This document shows positions 20,956 to 29,640 of a DNA stretch of 64,000 nucleotides, one piece after another. Source of the stretch: Thermoplasmatota archaeon (lineage in GTDB: Archaea > Thermoplasmatota > Penumbrarchaeia > Penumbrarchaeales > Penumbrarchaeaceae). The number at the start of each line of letters is the position of its first letter. Positions within the stretch are counted from its first letter, which is position 1. The DNA is taken from positions 1,181-65,180 of the forward strand of contig JAFGLL010000061.1 in NCBI GenBank assembly GCA_016928095.1, written 5' to 3'. The translations under genes and the position numbers were made by a program. A model generated the notes under the pieces. That model was not told the origin of the DNA. It saw only the letters and a program-made list of their open reading frames with translations, and searched no databases.

Positions 20956-21100
20956 TTGTTCACCTCATTGATGCGACCGATGATGAAGCACCTTGATTAT
21001 ATATTTTTCACAAGATGATCGGACCTTGACTGCCCGGTGCATATGGAATTAAGAGGTTGCGGAAACGGTTCTTTCCGCACCCATTTTCAGAAGGTCTCCT

Positions 21101-21589
21101 TCACTCGCTATTTTGGTATTCACTCTCTGCTTTTGCCAGTTTGATCCCGTCCATGACCTCGATTATCTCGGATGGGTTCAACCTCAGCCTTCTCTCGGAG
21201 ATGCCTGTCCTGATAAGCACCTTCCAGACCTTGAAGGTCTTCAACTTCTCGAAGGGGATCTCCAGATCGTATACTTTACCGACCTTCTCCCCCTCGTGAT
21301 CGAGAACGGTCAGCTTTCTGAGCTTTTCGAAGGGATATCTTTCTCTTTGGGGACGTTCGGGTCTGTCTTCCGATCTGAAATCGTCCTTGAGTATCATGAT
21401 CTTATCTCCCTCGTCCAACTTCACGACGTCCTCGATGCCGACCAGGAGATCCTTCTTCAATGCTCCCGGGGACACCTCGAACCCGGTGATGGTCCATGTG
21501 CTCAGATCCATGTAGATATCCGATATCCTTCCAACATGCGTCCCCACCGAGTTGACGACCTTGTATTCCTTGATAACGTTTGCAAGCAT
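21101..21589 (-). CDS. PRC-barrel domain protein (two PRC-like halves)
   Basis: 162 aa. PRC-barrel-like pattern VVNSVGTHVGRISDIYMDLSTWTITGFEV and a second half LTVLDHEGEKVGKVYDLEIPFEKLKTFKVWKV. Last gene of a five-gene minus-strand cluster with 4-13 nt spacers. A hairpin gcggaaacggttctttccgc (21058-21077) follows its stop. Confidence 0.55.
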   Translation of the reverse strand: MLANVIKEYKVVNSVGTHVGRISDIYMDLSTWTITGFEVSPGALKKDLLVGIEDVVKLDEGDKIMILKDDFRSEDRPERPQRERYPFEKLRKLTVLDHEGEKVGKVYDLEIPFEKLKTFKVWKVLIRTGISERRLRLNPSEIIEVMDGIKLAKAESEYQNSE

Positions 21590-21593
21590 GCGT

Positions 21594-21944
21594 TCACCCC
21601 GATTTCTTCTTGGACACGGTCTTTACCTGAGCGATCTCCTTTTCCATTGCCGATATCCTGGCATCGGCCTCCAACATGTACTCCCTGACCGTGGAGATCC
21701 TTGAGGTGAGGCTGGAATATCTGAGCTCGTAGGCTTCGATGTCCAGACCCGTTAGGATGCCGTATTCCTGGATGTATGCGTTCATGTTCTGGTCAAGATA
21801 CTTCTCGATCCTTCCATCAAGGAGCTTTCGCTTGTAATGGGGAGCGTTTTGAACCTCCTCCTCTTCCTCATTGCCTCCGAAAAGGGACCTGAACCATTCG
21901 AAAAAGCCTTTTTTCTCCTGTTGTTCCTCGGTGTTCTCATCCAT
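21594..21944 (-). CDS. Small acidic coiled-coil protein (paralog 1 of 3)
   Basis: 116 aa. Glu-rich N-terminus and a C-terminal heptad-like coiled coil (LRYSSLTSRISTVREYMLEADARISAMEKEIAQVK). 4 nt upstream of the PRC-barrel gene. Confidence 0.5.
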   Translation of the reverse strand: MDENTEEQQEKKGFFEWFRSLFGGNEEEEEVQNAPHYKRKLLDGRIEKYLDQNMNAYIQEYGILTGLDIEAYELRYSSLTSRISTVREYMLEADARISAMEKEIAQVKTVSKKKSG

Positions 21945-21957
21945 TCATGTCACCTCC

Positions 21958-22290
21958 TCAGATACCCTCCAGTTCTCCCAACTGTGTCTCCAACGTGGAC
22001 ATCCTCTTGTCCAGCGTGGTCCTTCTCTTTTCAAGGTTCTCTATATCGGAACCGACCTTACCAAGCTTCTTTCCCATCTCGTTCTTGAACTCCTTGATGC
22101 GATCCCGTGAGGTCAGGTCCCATTCACCGATCATCCCTCGGAAGTGTTCGTCGAAATAGAGTTCTATATGGGAGGGTTCCATTTTCCTCTTCTTCCTGAG
22201 CTGTAGGTACCAGATCATCACGAGCACCAGAGCGACCAGAAGCAGGCCGATAACGAGAACATACCAGAATGTCGTCCAATCCCAACCCAT
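21958..22290 (-). CDS. Small coiled-coil protein with N-terminal transmembrane helix (paralog 2 of 3)
   Basis: 110 aa. N-terminal TM (WYVLVIGLLLVALVLVMIWYL), then coiled coil (KVGSDIENLEKRRTTLDKRMSTLETQLGELE). Confidence 0.5.
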   Translation of the reverse strand: MGWDWTTFWYVLVIGLLLVALVLVMIWYLQLRKKRKMEPSHIELYFDEHFRGMIGEWDLTSRDRIKEFKNEMGKKLGKVGSDIENLEKRRTTLDKRMSTLETQLGELEGI

Positions 22291-22300
22291 TCACATCACC

Positions 22301-22573
22301 TCACTTTACCCCGTACTTCATCTTGAGCCGATCGAGCCTTGCTCTACCGGTCACGAGCCTCTCGTCGAAGGCCTTTTTCCATCTGTCAAGCTCGTCCATC
22401 CTTCCTTCCAGACCCTCAAAGTCTTTGTCAAGATCGACCACGTCGTTGCGGTCAGCTATCTTGTATTCGTCCATCAGCAGGGGCAGCCTCTCGCTGAGAT
22501 ACTGATCGATCTTCCTGTTGATGGATAGAGGGTGGGTAACGGATATGGCCTGTATGCTTTGTCCTATTCCCAT
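22301..22573 (-). CDS. Small coiled-coil protein (paralog 3 of 3)
   Basis: 90 aa. Coiled-coil segment DLDKDFEGLEGRMDELDRWKKAFDERLVTGRARLDRLK with the same periodic L/R pattern as its two neighbours. Confidence 0.5.
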   Translation of the reverse strand: MGIGQSIQAISVTHPLSINRKIDQYLSERLPLLMDEYKIADRNDVVDLDKDFEGLEGRMDELDRWKKAFDERLVTGRARLDRLKMKYGVK

Positions 22574-22585
22574 TCAATCACCTTT

Positions 22586-23077
22586 CTAATCATTTTCTGC
22601 GCTTGTCCGTTCGAACCTGGAAACGAATTTCTGCCAGGTCTCCCTCAATTCTCCCGTCATCTCGTGGTAGGGTTCGACCTCGACAACATCTCCCTCGTCG
22701 ATGCCAAGGTGTTTCATGTCCCCCGAACGCAGGATGATCACATCCGTGGGGGCTATCTCATCACCGACCAATTTCACGACGCAGTGCTTCTTGCCGTGTC
22801 TTATCACAGCCGTTCTCATCTCCTCGTCCCTGAACATATCCAGATGAGAATGATGAAGCCTGGCGATACCACCTTCTACAGAGGATATCCTGCTTCGTCG
22901 GACGGGAAGACTTATGTTCACGTCCTCTTTCTCTTCAGGTTCCATTGTTTCACCCGGTAACGATATATATCCAAATCTGTGGCAACGGTTATTAAAGTTT
23001 TCCCTTTGATCGACCTTCTCCGGGATAGGTCCCGTTCCTTTCCGGGTTCCTCGATATACATCAGAGAGGTCGACCAT
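22586..23077 (-). CDS. Hypothetical protein with a Cdc48/VAT N-domain-like (double-psi beta-barrel-like) C-terminal half
   Basis: 163 aa. GIARLHHSHLDMFRDEEMRTAVIRHGKKHCVVKLVGDEIAPTDVIILRSGDMKHLGIDEGDVVEV resembles the substrate-recognition N domain of Cdc48/VAT. First gene of the five-gene cluster. Confidence 0.35.
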   Translation of the reverse strand: MVDLSDVYRGTRKGTGPIPEKVDQRENFNNRCHRFGYISLPGETMEPEEKEDVNISLPVRRSRISSVEGGIARLHHSHLDMFRDEEMRTAVIRHGKKHCVVKLVGDEIAPTDVIILRSGDMKHLGIDEGDVVEVEPYHEMTGELRETWQKFVSRFERTSAEND

Positions 23078-23120
23078 CCTACCCTGTGCTACTCAAAATG
23101 TTTATAATGGAAAGGTCATT

Positions 23121-25709
23121 TTGAGGGATGTATCCAGTTGTTTTCGGGTCGAGGTGTCCTTCATGGTCAGACCAACGCTTGACAGGTCCTTCTACGGTAT
23201 AATGTTAGCCTTGCTTTTCGTCCTTTCCAGTATCATGATAATATCCCGGGATGAAACTACGGTCGTTGCTCTGGAGCCTTCCAGAGGGGCCGGCCCCCAG
23301 GTGAACAGGTCATCGGTGGTGATAACCCTTTACGAGGGGTTCGACGAATTCTCCGGTCAATATTTCTACGGGACCGGAAAGGGTTCCCTTGATCTCTTTT
23401 TCGATCCGAACTACAACTGGAAGGAAGGCGAGATCCCGTACCCCCACAAAGCATTCGAGGTAGAGTATCCCGTCGGGTATGATAGAACGAACACTCCGAT
23501 AGGGATAACGTTCGTGACATCTCACTACGACACAAGTTTCGCAATGGCAACCGTAAAATGCAATAATTTCGATTTTAATTCATATATCTACGGTCAGGAC
23601 CATTTCAAGATAACGGTGAAAGCATGGAACTCGACCGGTAGCTCGACAGCAGAGCTCTGGTTCCAGGTCCTGAACGTGAACGATCCCCCCACGGTGATAT
23701 CGGAGAAGGATTTCTTCTCCATAGCCATGAACGAGGATTCCCATTATGAGGGAATCAATGGCGACCATGACCAGCTCGATGATATTTTCGGGGACAACAG
23801 GGACCAAGACGATACGCTCACGTTCACATACGAACCCATGAACGCTCTGGCGGGTCCGGAGAATATCGTGGTGGACCTGGAACCGGACGGTTCCTCCGTG
23901 GTCTTCACTCCCCAACCCGATTGGGCGTGCCCGTATGTCCCTACCACCGACAGGCTCAAGGGGAGGAATTACAGACCCGGTGGGGAGCTGACATGGTCGG
24001 ATTTCTTTGCACACTTCAGGTTCAACTGCTCGGACCTGGAGGGGGCTTATGTGACAGGTGATCTCTATGTATATGTCGGACCGGTGAACGATGTCCCGGT
24101 CATGGAGTTCATGGAACACTTCTACGTGAACGAAGATATCAAGGCTGTCCTTCAATTCACTGCCACGGATGTCGACCCCGAGCAGGAGCAGGTCCTGAGG
24201 TACGGGACCAATATCACAACGATAATATACGAGTATTCGGGCGTCCAGCTGGAGTTCACCGAGGGGTATCTATTCGATACGAAGACCGGCAAGCTGGAGT
24301 TCAAGACCGAGAACAAGATGGTGGGGGATTATCCGGTCAGTGCCTGGGTGAACGACAGACCCTCCGAGGAACTCGGCAGCAAGGGTGATTATCCTGTCAC
24401 ACCCTACAAGGTCTATTCCAATTTCACACTGCATATAGTGAACTTGAACGATCCCCCGACGGCTGTGATGGACTCTCCGATCGAGACCTTCGTTTATAAT
24501 ACGATGGAACCGGTCGAAATGAATGCTACAAGGACCACCGATCCGGACATGATCCACGGTCAGGTTTTGACCTATAAATGGTCAGTGAACGGAGAACCCG
24601 TGGGTGAAGGGATGGTGATGGAGCATCTGTTCGATCAGAAGGGCGAATATACCGTCACACTCAACGTGACCGATGGTGAGTTCCACTCCACCATCTCCAG
24701 GAAGATAGAGGTGGAGAAGACAAGGGTCCTTGGAGAGATATTCGAGGGGAAGGATATCGACCGCAGCTATACCGACAACATCTCGGAAGCACTCGTTCTG
24801 CACAGGAACCAGGATGAGATGTTCATGGAGTTCGATTCATTGGAATCCGTCGATATCAGGACAGTTGACGGCTACCGCGACCCTTCCAATCCGAACATCT
24901 ACAAGCTCAAGGTAGTATTTGGCAAGAGGATGGATTTTCTATTCACTGAGGATTTCCTGCAGGAACCGGTCCTCAATATCTATTTCCTGAAACCGGATTT
25001 CGTGGAGGATAAGGTGGCCCCGAAGGATTCGGATATCCCGACCTACAATTTCCCGGTCCCCACATCGAACTATCGCTACAACAAGATATCCTTCGATCTG
25101 AGGCAGATATCGGTGATATACTATCCGATCACTGACAAGGTCCCGTCCATACGCAAGCTGGATACCGAGATGGGTGTGGAAATAACACTGACCGTCGCCG
25201 AGCTGGACGAGATGAACATCGATCCCGATTTCGTCATTTACGTGACCGCGGATATGAAGACCACGGTGACCGAGGGTTCCGGCAGGATAACCATAATAAA
25301 ATCCTGGGATGCCGCAGGGTTCGGTGCAAAGGTGCCTCAGGTGGATGTGGGCACCTCCGATGGTGAGGTGGATGGAAATGATGATCTCAACCCTCTGGTA
25401 ATTATCATCCCGGTGATCCTGCTGGTATTGATCGTGGTGGCTGTGGTGGTCCTGGTAATATTGATGTTCGTGAAGAAGGAGAAGAAGGAAGAGCTCCCTC
25501 CCGTTTACATACCTCCTCCGGACCAGTCGCTGGATGATATGATATTCGGCAATACACAAAAGCCCATGACAGCGGAACAGATGTATGGTAAACCCCAAGC
25601 CCAGGATCAACCGCTTCCACCAGGTCCGCCCCCGGAAGGTCTACCTCCTTTGAAACCCGAAGCTGCTGGCGGTTTGGTATCGGAAGGCGCGTTACCCCCG
25701 GCCTCTTAG
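23121..25709 (+). CDS. Large type-I membrane-anchored surface protein (cadherin-like/PKD-like repeats, C-terminal TM plus Pro-rich tail)
   Basis: 862 aa. Possible start at the second Met (~23163), which gives a signal-peptide-like MVRPTLDRSFYGIMLALLFVLSSIMII. Repeated LNVNDPPT/VNLNDPPT/VNDVPV motifs between beta-rich domains. C-terminal TM PLVIIIPVILLVLIVVAVVVLVILMFV, then KKEKKEE and a proline-rich tail. Confidence 0.8.
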   Translation: MRDVSSCFRVEVSFMVRPTLDRSFYGIMLALLFVLSSIMIISRDETTVVALEPSRGAGPQVNRSSVVITLYEGFDEFSGQYFYGTGKGSLDLFFDPNYNWKEGEIPYPHKAFEVEYPVGYDRTNTPIGITFVTSHYDTSFAMATVKCNNFDFNSYIYGQDHFKITVKAWNSTGSSTAELWFQVLNVNDPPTVISEKDFFSIAMNEDSHYEGINGDHDQLDDIFGDNRDQDDTLTFTYEPMNALAGPENIVVDLEPDGSSVVFTPQPDWACPYVPTTDRLKGRNYRPGGELTWSDFFAHFRFNCSDLEGAYVTGDLYVYVGPVNDVPVMEFMEHFYVNEDIKAVLQFTATDVDPEQEQVLRYGTNITTIIYEYSGVQLEFTEGYLFDTKTGKLEFKTENKMVGDYPVSAWVNDRPSEELGSKGDYPVTPYKVYSNFTLHIVNLNDPPTAVMDSPIETFVYNTMEPVEMNATRTTDPDMIHGQVLTYKWSVNGEPVGEGMVMEHLFDQKGEYTVTLNVTDGEFHSTISRKIEVEKTRVLGEIFEGKDIDRSYTDNISEALVLHRNQDEMFMEFDSLESVDIRTVDGYRDPSNPNIYKLKVVFGKRMDFLFTEDFLQEPVLNIYFLKPDFVEDKVAPKDSDIPTYNFPVPTSNYRYNKISFDLRQISVIYYPITDKVPSIRKLDTEMGVEITLTVAELDEMNIDPDFVIYVTADMKTTVTEGSGRITIIKSWDAAGFGAKVPQVDVGTSDGEVDGNDDLNPLVIIIPVILLVLIVVAVVVLVILMFVKKEKKEELPPVYIPPPDQSLDDMIFGNTQKPMTAEQMYGKPQAQDQPLPPGPPPEGLPPLKPEAAGGLVSEGALPPAS

Positions 25710-25784
25710 GGTGTCTTCCATCTCCACCGGCGGATGTCCCGCTGTACAAACCTGTGAGATATTGTTCGACGGAAGGACCCGACC

Positions 25785-26255
25785 TTACTGCTGGTAGATC
25801 GTGACCTTCTTCATCTGGACCGGTGTGGTGGGTCTGTCATTTGCGCCCCTGGGAACCGATTGGATCCGATCGGCGACGTCTTGCCCCTGTATGAGGTGGC
25901 CGAAAACACTGTGATGGTTGTCCAGCCATGGGGTGCCTCCGTTCTTTGTCACGATGAAGAACTGTGATCCTCCGGTGTTCGGACCGGCGTTGGCCATGGA
26001 TAAAGCCCCCTTGGCATGCCTGAGCTGGGGATGGAACTCGTCCTTGATATTGTACCCTGGTCCCCCGGTACCCGTACCCTTCGGACATCCTGCCTGCAGC
26101 ATGAAATCAGGGATGACCCGGTGGAATATCAATCCATTGTAAAATCCGGAATTGGCAAGCTTTATGAAGTTCTGGGTAGTGATCGGAGCCCTCTCGGTCT
26201 CGAGCATTGCAACCATATCGCCGTAGTTCGTCTCTATCTTCGCATATGTGGTCAT
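25785..26255 (-). CDS. ppiB: Peptidyl-prolyl cis-trans isomerase, cyclophilin type
   Basis: 156 aa. Cyclophilin motifs FHRVIPDFMLQAGCP, GGSQFFI, HSVFG. Confidence 0.9.
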   Translation of the reverse strand: MTTYAKIETNYGDMVAMLETERAPITTQNFIKLANSGFYNGLIFHRVIPDFMLQAGCPKGTGTGGPGYNIKDEFHPQLRHAKGALSMANAGPNTGGSQFFIVTKNGGTPWLDNHHSVFGHLIQGQDVADRIQSVPRGANDRPTTPVQMKKVTIYQQ

Positions 26256-26305
26256 ATCATCACCATGGTCGGTATGGAAGAGATGGTATTAAAAACGAAC
26301 CACGA

Positions 26306-27499
26306 TCACATAAGGCCCCCGAGCACCTTCAGGACCTCCGGATATCTCGAACCCACTGCCCTGAGGATCTCCTCGGTGGTTATATCCTTCATATCATATC
26401 CCGAGATGGCCGATATCACCTTGTCCAGGGTCTCGTCCGAGACCTCCAAGAGCTTCTCCTTGGCAATGTAATTTCGGGCCATCTCCATCTCCAGCCCGTC
26501 CCTCCACCTCCGTTCATAGGGTTCAAGAGCAGCCTTTGATGTGTCGTTCTTCTCCAGGGCCTCGCAGATGGTCTTCCCTGCCTGCAAGGCCGCATAGCAA
26601 GCGTTGTAAACCCCCCCTCCGGTAAGTGGGTCTATCATCCTTGCTGCATCCCCAACGATGACCAGATGGTCGGCCACGGTCTCCTCCAGCGGAAGGGACA
26701 CCGAGACGCCTCCTCCGTTTATTTCCGTTATCTTCCCCTTGGAGAACCTCGGGTTACTCGCGATGAAATCGTCCAGGTATCTTTTCGTATCTCCGGCCTC
26801 GTTAACGAATAGGCCGTTCACACCGAGGCCCACATTGGCTATTCCGTGTTCCTTGGGAAAGCACCATACATATCCGCCAGGAACATATCTTCTCCCGACG
26901 AAGAACTCTGTGTACCTGTCATCCGTTTCAATCCCTACCATCTCGTACTGCAGACACGTATCGATATCCTTTATGTCCAACTTCGTTTCGATACCTGCCC
27001 ATCTCGCGATAAGGGATTCGAACCCGTCGGCGGCCACGACGACCCTGGCCTTGACGGATATGGCCCCCGAGATGAGCTTGATCCCCACAACGACCCCATC
27101 CCCGGCATCCTCATAGGAGACGGCCTCGGCCCTCACCCATATCTCGGCTCCGGCCCTTGCAGCCATTTTGGCGAGCCTCTGATCGAAGACCTCCCTCTCG
27201 ATGATGAACCCGACCTCCGGTCCAGCGATCTCCGGTCCAAGGGTCAATACATGTCCGCCGGGTGAGATGATCTTTGCACCGTCCATCTCGGCGGAAATGA
27301 ATGAGGGGTCCTTTTCAAGACCTATCATGTCAAGGAGCTGTTTTGATATACCCTCCCCGCACCTTACCGGGACCCCGATCTCCGGTCGCTTTTCCACCAT
27401 GAGGACCGACCAACCGCCTTTCGCGACCTCCCTGGCAGTAACACTTCCCGCTGGCCCCGCCCCTATGACAAGGCAATCCACCACCTTCTCTTCATTCAT
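26306..27499 (-). CDS. Geranylgeranyl reductase (digeranylgeranylglycerophospholipid reductase)
   Basis: FAD-binding Rossmann motif VVDCLVIGAGPAGSVTAREVAKGG and a GGR-family body. The track ORF (to 27643) reads into the upstream ferredoxin gene. The real start is Met49 (MNEEKVV) at ~27499, overlapping the ferredoxin stop by 8 nt. Confidence 0.85.
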   Translation of the reverse strand: MNEEKVVDCLVIGAGPAGSVTAREVAKGGWSVLMVEKRPEIGVPVRCGEGISKQLLDMIGLEKDPSFISAEMDGAKIISPGGHVLTLGPEIAGPEVGFIIEREVFDQRLAKMAARAGAEIWVRAEAVSYEDAGDGVVVGIKLISGAISVKARVVVAADGFESLIARWAGIETKLDIKDIDTCLQYEMVGIETDDRYTEFFVGRRYVPGGYVWCFPKEHGIANVGLGVNGLFVNEAGDTKRYLDDFIASNPRFSKGKITEINGGGVSVSLPLEETVADHLVIVGDAARMIDPLTGGGVYNACYAALQAGKTICEALEKNDTSKAALEPYERRWRDGLEMEMARNYIAKEKLLEVSDETLDKVISAISGYDMKDITTEEILRAVGSRYPEVLKVLGGLM

Positions 27500-27680
27500 T
27501 GATCTCGCCTCCGTCGTACAAAGCGCCCACGGGACAGAGGCGGATGCATAGACCGCATCCCAGGCATTGCTCGCCCAGGACCAATATCCTGTTGTTCGAG
27601 AAACGGATAGCGCCGACAGGGCATGACCCAACGCATGCCACACATCGGATACATGTCAATTCGTTGGAGATCAGGTGCAT
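27492..27680 (-). CDS. 4Fe-4S ferredoxin (2x CxxCxxCxxxCP), translationally coupled to GGR
   Basis: 62 aa. CIRCVACVGSCP and CLGCGLCIRLCP cluster motifs. Its stop overlaps the GGR start. Confidence 0.8.
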   Translation of the reverse strand: MHLISNELTCIRCVACVGSCPVGAIRFSNNRILVLGEQCLGCGLCIRLCPVGALYDGGEINE

Positions 27681-27753
27681 GGATATCGAAGAGGTATTGG
27701 AACCAACTCATAAATTGTTTTCAGTTGGAGATCTCGTGGATGATGATATATCA

Positions 27754-27954
27754 TCAGCTATCCTCGTACACCAGGTCTCTCAGCTTGATCATGTTGTCGA
27801 TGCTTTTTACGATATACTCGAACTCCATGGGGCATTTGATACATTGACCTGATAGCTCGGCCATCTGTTTCATATGGTCCTCTTGGTATTTGTATACCTT
27901 CAGCGAGCCCTCCGCTCCGCACAGGGGGCATTTCATGTTCAATTTAAGCTGCAT
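27754..27954 (-). CDS. Small zinc-finger protein (CxxC...CxxC)
   Basis: 66 aa. CPLCG...CIKCP. Upstream of and co-oriented with the ferredoxin-GGR pair. Confidence 0.45.
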   Translation of the reverse strand: MQLKLNMKCPLCGAEGSLKVYKYQEDHMKQMAELSGQCIKCPMEFEYIVKSIDNMIKLRDLVYEDS

Positions 27955-28086
27955 GATATCCCTTCATCTACATGGGGGGTAGAGCATTTACGGTTATTAC
28001 ACCTTTTTCGATTTTCCGATCGTTCGGCATTTACCAGATGTGGGGAAAATGATGCTTGAACAAACAATAAATACACAACATCCATA

Positions 28087-28443
28087 ATGTGGCACATCAA
28101 GGTGGGTGATACGTTGGACATGCCTGACAGAACAGTGGAGCTGACCGATGCCACGTTCGAGGAATTTACCAGGAGATACAAGGTTGCTGTTGTTGATTTC
28201 TGGGGGCCGTCCTGCGCCCCTTGCAAGATGATCGCTCCACTTATCGAACAGCTTGCGGAGGAGATGAAGGGCCGTGTCGCTTTCGGGAAGATCGATGTGA
28301 CCAAGAACATGAAGACATCGATGTCCATGGGGATCAAGTCCATCCCTACCATAGCCTTTTACAAGGATGGGAAGCTTGTCAGATCCAGGACAGGTTTCAT
28401 TCCAAAAAGTCGGATGGTCCTGGAGATCAGGGAGATACTGTAA
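28087..28443 (+). CDS. trxA: Thioredoxin
   Basis: 118 aa. Active site WGPSCAPC with a thioredoxin fold. TATA-like AATAAATA ~20 nt upstream, so probably a leaderless transcript. Confidence 0.85.
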   Translation: MWHIKVGDTLDMPDRTVELTDATFEEFTRRYKVAVVDFWGPSCAPCKMIAPLIEQLAEEMKGRVAFGKIDVTKNMKTSMSMGIKSIPTIAFYKDGKLVRSRTGFIPKSRMVLEIREIL

Positions 28444-28464
28444 GAGGGCTCATGTGGTGTCCAG

Positions 28465-29274
28465 ATGGATGAAGCGTTCGATACCCGATGGACCACTCCC
28501 CTTGCTGTATGCATTGTTCAACCGAGGATATCGATCGGTGATGTCGATCACAATCTTGATCGAGCCATCGGATGGATCAGAAAGGCGGCCGATGACGGAC
28601 CACTGGATGTGGTCGTGCTTCCGGAGGTTTTCACTACGGGGTTCCCCTACGATCGCCTGCCGGAACTCTCGGGTAGTTCGAAAAGAGTGATGGCGGACAT
28701 AGGTCGACTAGCCGCTGAGCTCTCCACCCATATAATGTTCACACTTGTGATCGAGGACCAGGGTAGATATTTCAACAGGTTCATGTCGATCGGTCCTGAT
28801 GGCAGGGTCGAGACCACATATGACAAGACCCACCTTTTCTCAAGGGCGGGGGAGGACAGGTTCTTCACGAGAGGGGAAAAGCTCGTACAATTCGAGATCG
28901 GCGGTGCCATCATCGCACCGCTGATATGCTATGAGCTCAGGTATCCGGAACTATCAAGGAAACAGGTCCTTGAAGGGGCTGATATCCTTGTTTATCCCGC
29001 ACAGTGGCCCGCGTACAGGGTCTTCCAGTGGGAAACCCTTCTGAGAGCCAGGGCGATAGAGAACCAATGTTACGTTATCGGTGTAGGTGGTTCGGGATCA
29101 CATGGGACCACGGAGATGGGTGGTCACTCGATGGTCGTCGCTCCCTTCGGAGATATTTTATGCAGCATCGACCAGGAGGAAGGGTTTGCCAGGACGGTCA
29201 TAGGTCCAGAGAGGCTAAGGAACATCAGAAAAAGGATCCCGGCGCTTGCTGATAGGAGGCCTGACCTCTATTAG
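28465..29274 (+). CDS. Carbon-nitrogen hydrolase (nitrilase-superfamily amidohydrolase)
   Basis: 269 aa. CN-hydrolase layout: LAVCIVQP start, catalytic-Glu region VLPEVF, catalytic Cys in APLICYE. Confidence 0.75.
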   Translation: MDEAFDTRWTTPLAVCIVQPRISIGDVDHNLDRAIGWIRKAADDGPLDVVVLPEVFTTGFPYDRLPELSGSSKRVMADIGRLAAELSTHIMFTLVIEDQGRYFNRFMSIGPDGRVETTYDKTHLFSRAGEDRFFTRGEKLVQFEIGGAIIAPLICYELRYPELSRKQVLEGADILVYPAQWPAYRVFQWETLLRARAIENQCYVIGVGGSGSHGTTEMGGHSMVVAPFGDILCSIDQEEGFARTVIGPERLRNIRKRIPALADRRPDLY

Positions 29275-29286
29275 GGGGAACTTTGG

Positions 29287-29640
29287 TCAAGCCTCCCTTA
29301 TGCATCTGAACTTCATGGGGACCTCTCTGCCGCAACTGAGACATCTACCGACCGCTAGGGTCTTGTACCTCAGGTCGCCCGACATGGTCTTTTCATCATA
29401 TTGTTGGCAGATCAGGTTGTTGAACATGGTCATCTGCCTGGACCCGCATATCGGACATGTCCACTGTTCATAGGGTACGTAGTTACCTTCCATCTGAAGG
29501 ATGTCCTGATACGGGTACCTCTCGGGGACCGGTCTGTATCCGATGTCCTGTGGGTCTCCCATATGAAAAAAGCAGGTTTGTATGGAATATAAGGTTAACC
29601 TCGATTTTTTATAAATATTGGAAAAATAGAATTTTCTCAC
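29287..29640 (-). CDS. Zinc-ribbon protein (CPICG...CLSCG)
   Basis: 117 aa ORF. The real start may be an internal Met (MGDPQD or MEGNYVPYEQW). Last gene of the KaiC-like string. Confidence 0.35.
   Translation of the reverse strand: MRKFYFSNIYKKSRLTLYSIQTCFFHMGDPQDIGYRPVPERYPYQDILQMEGNYVPYEQWTCPICGSRQMTMFNNLICQQYDEKTMSGDLRYKTLAVGRCLSCGREVPMKFRCIREA

Noticed and set aside
23257-25749. Several 70-223-aa minus-strand ORFs inside the 862-aa surface protein gene (e.g. 23580..24155, 24939..25610)
   Set aside because: They are antisense to a well-supported CDS and have His/Arg-rich translations typical of reverse-frame artefacts.
26306-27643. Track's 445-aa GGR ORF, with a 48-residue N-terminal extension
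   Set aside because: The extension (MWHALGHALSALSVSRTT...) overlaps the ferredoxin gene in another frame and has no homology. The conserved GGR N-terminus starts at MNEEKVVDCLVIGAGPAG.
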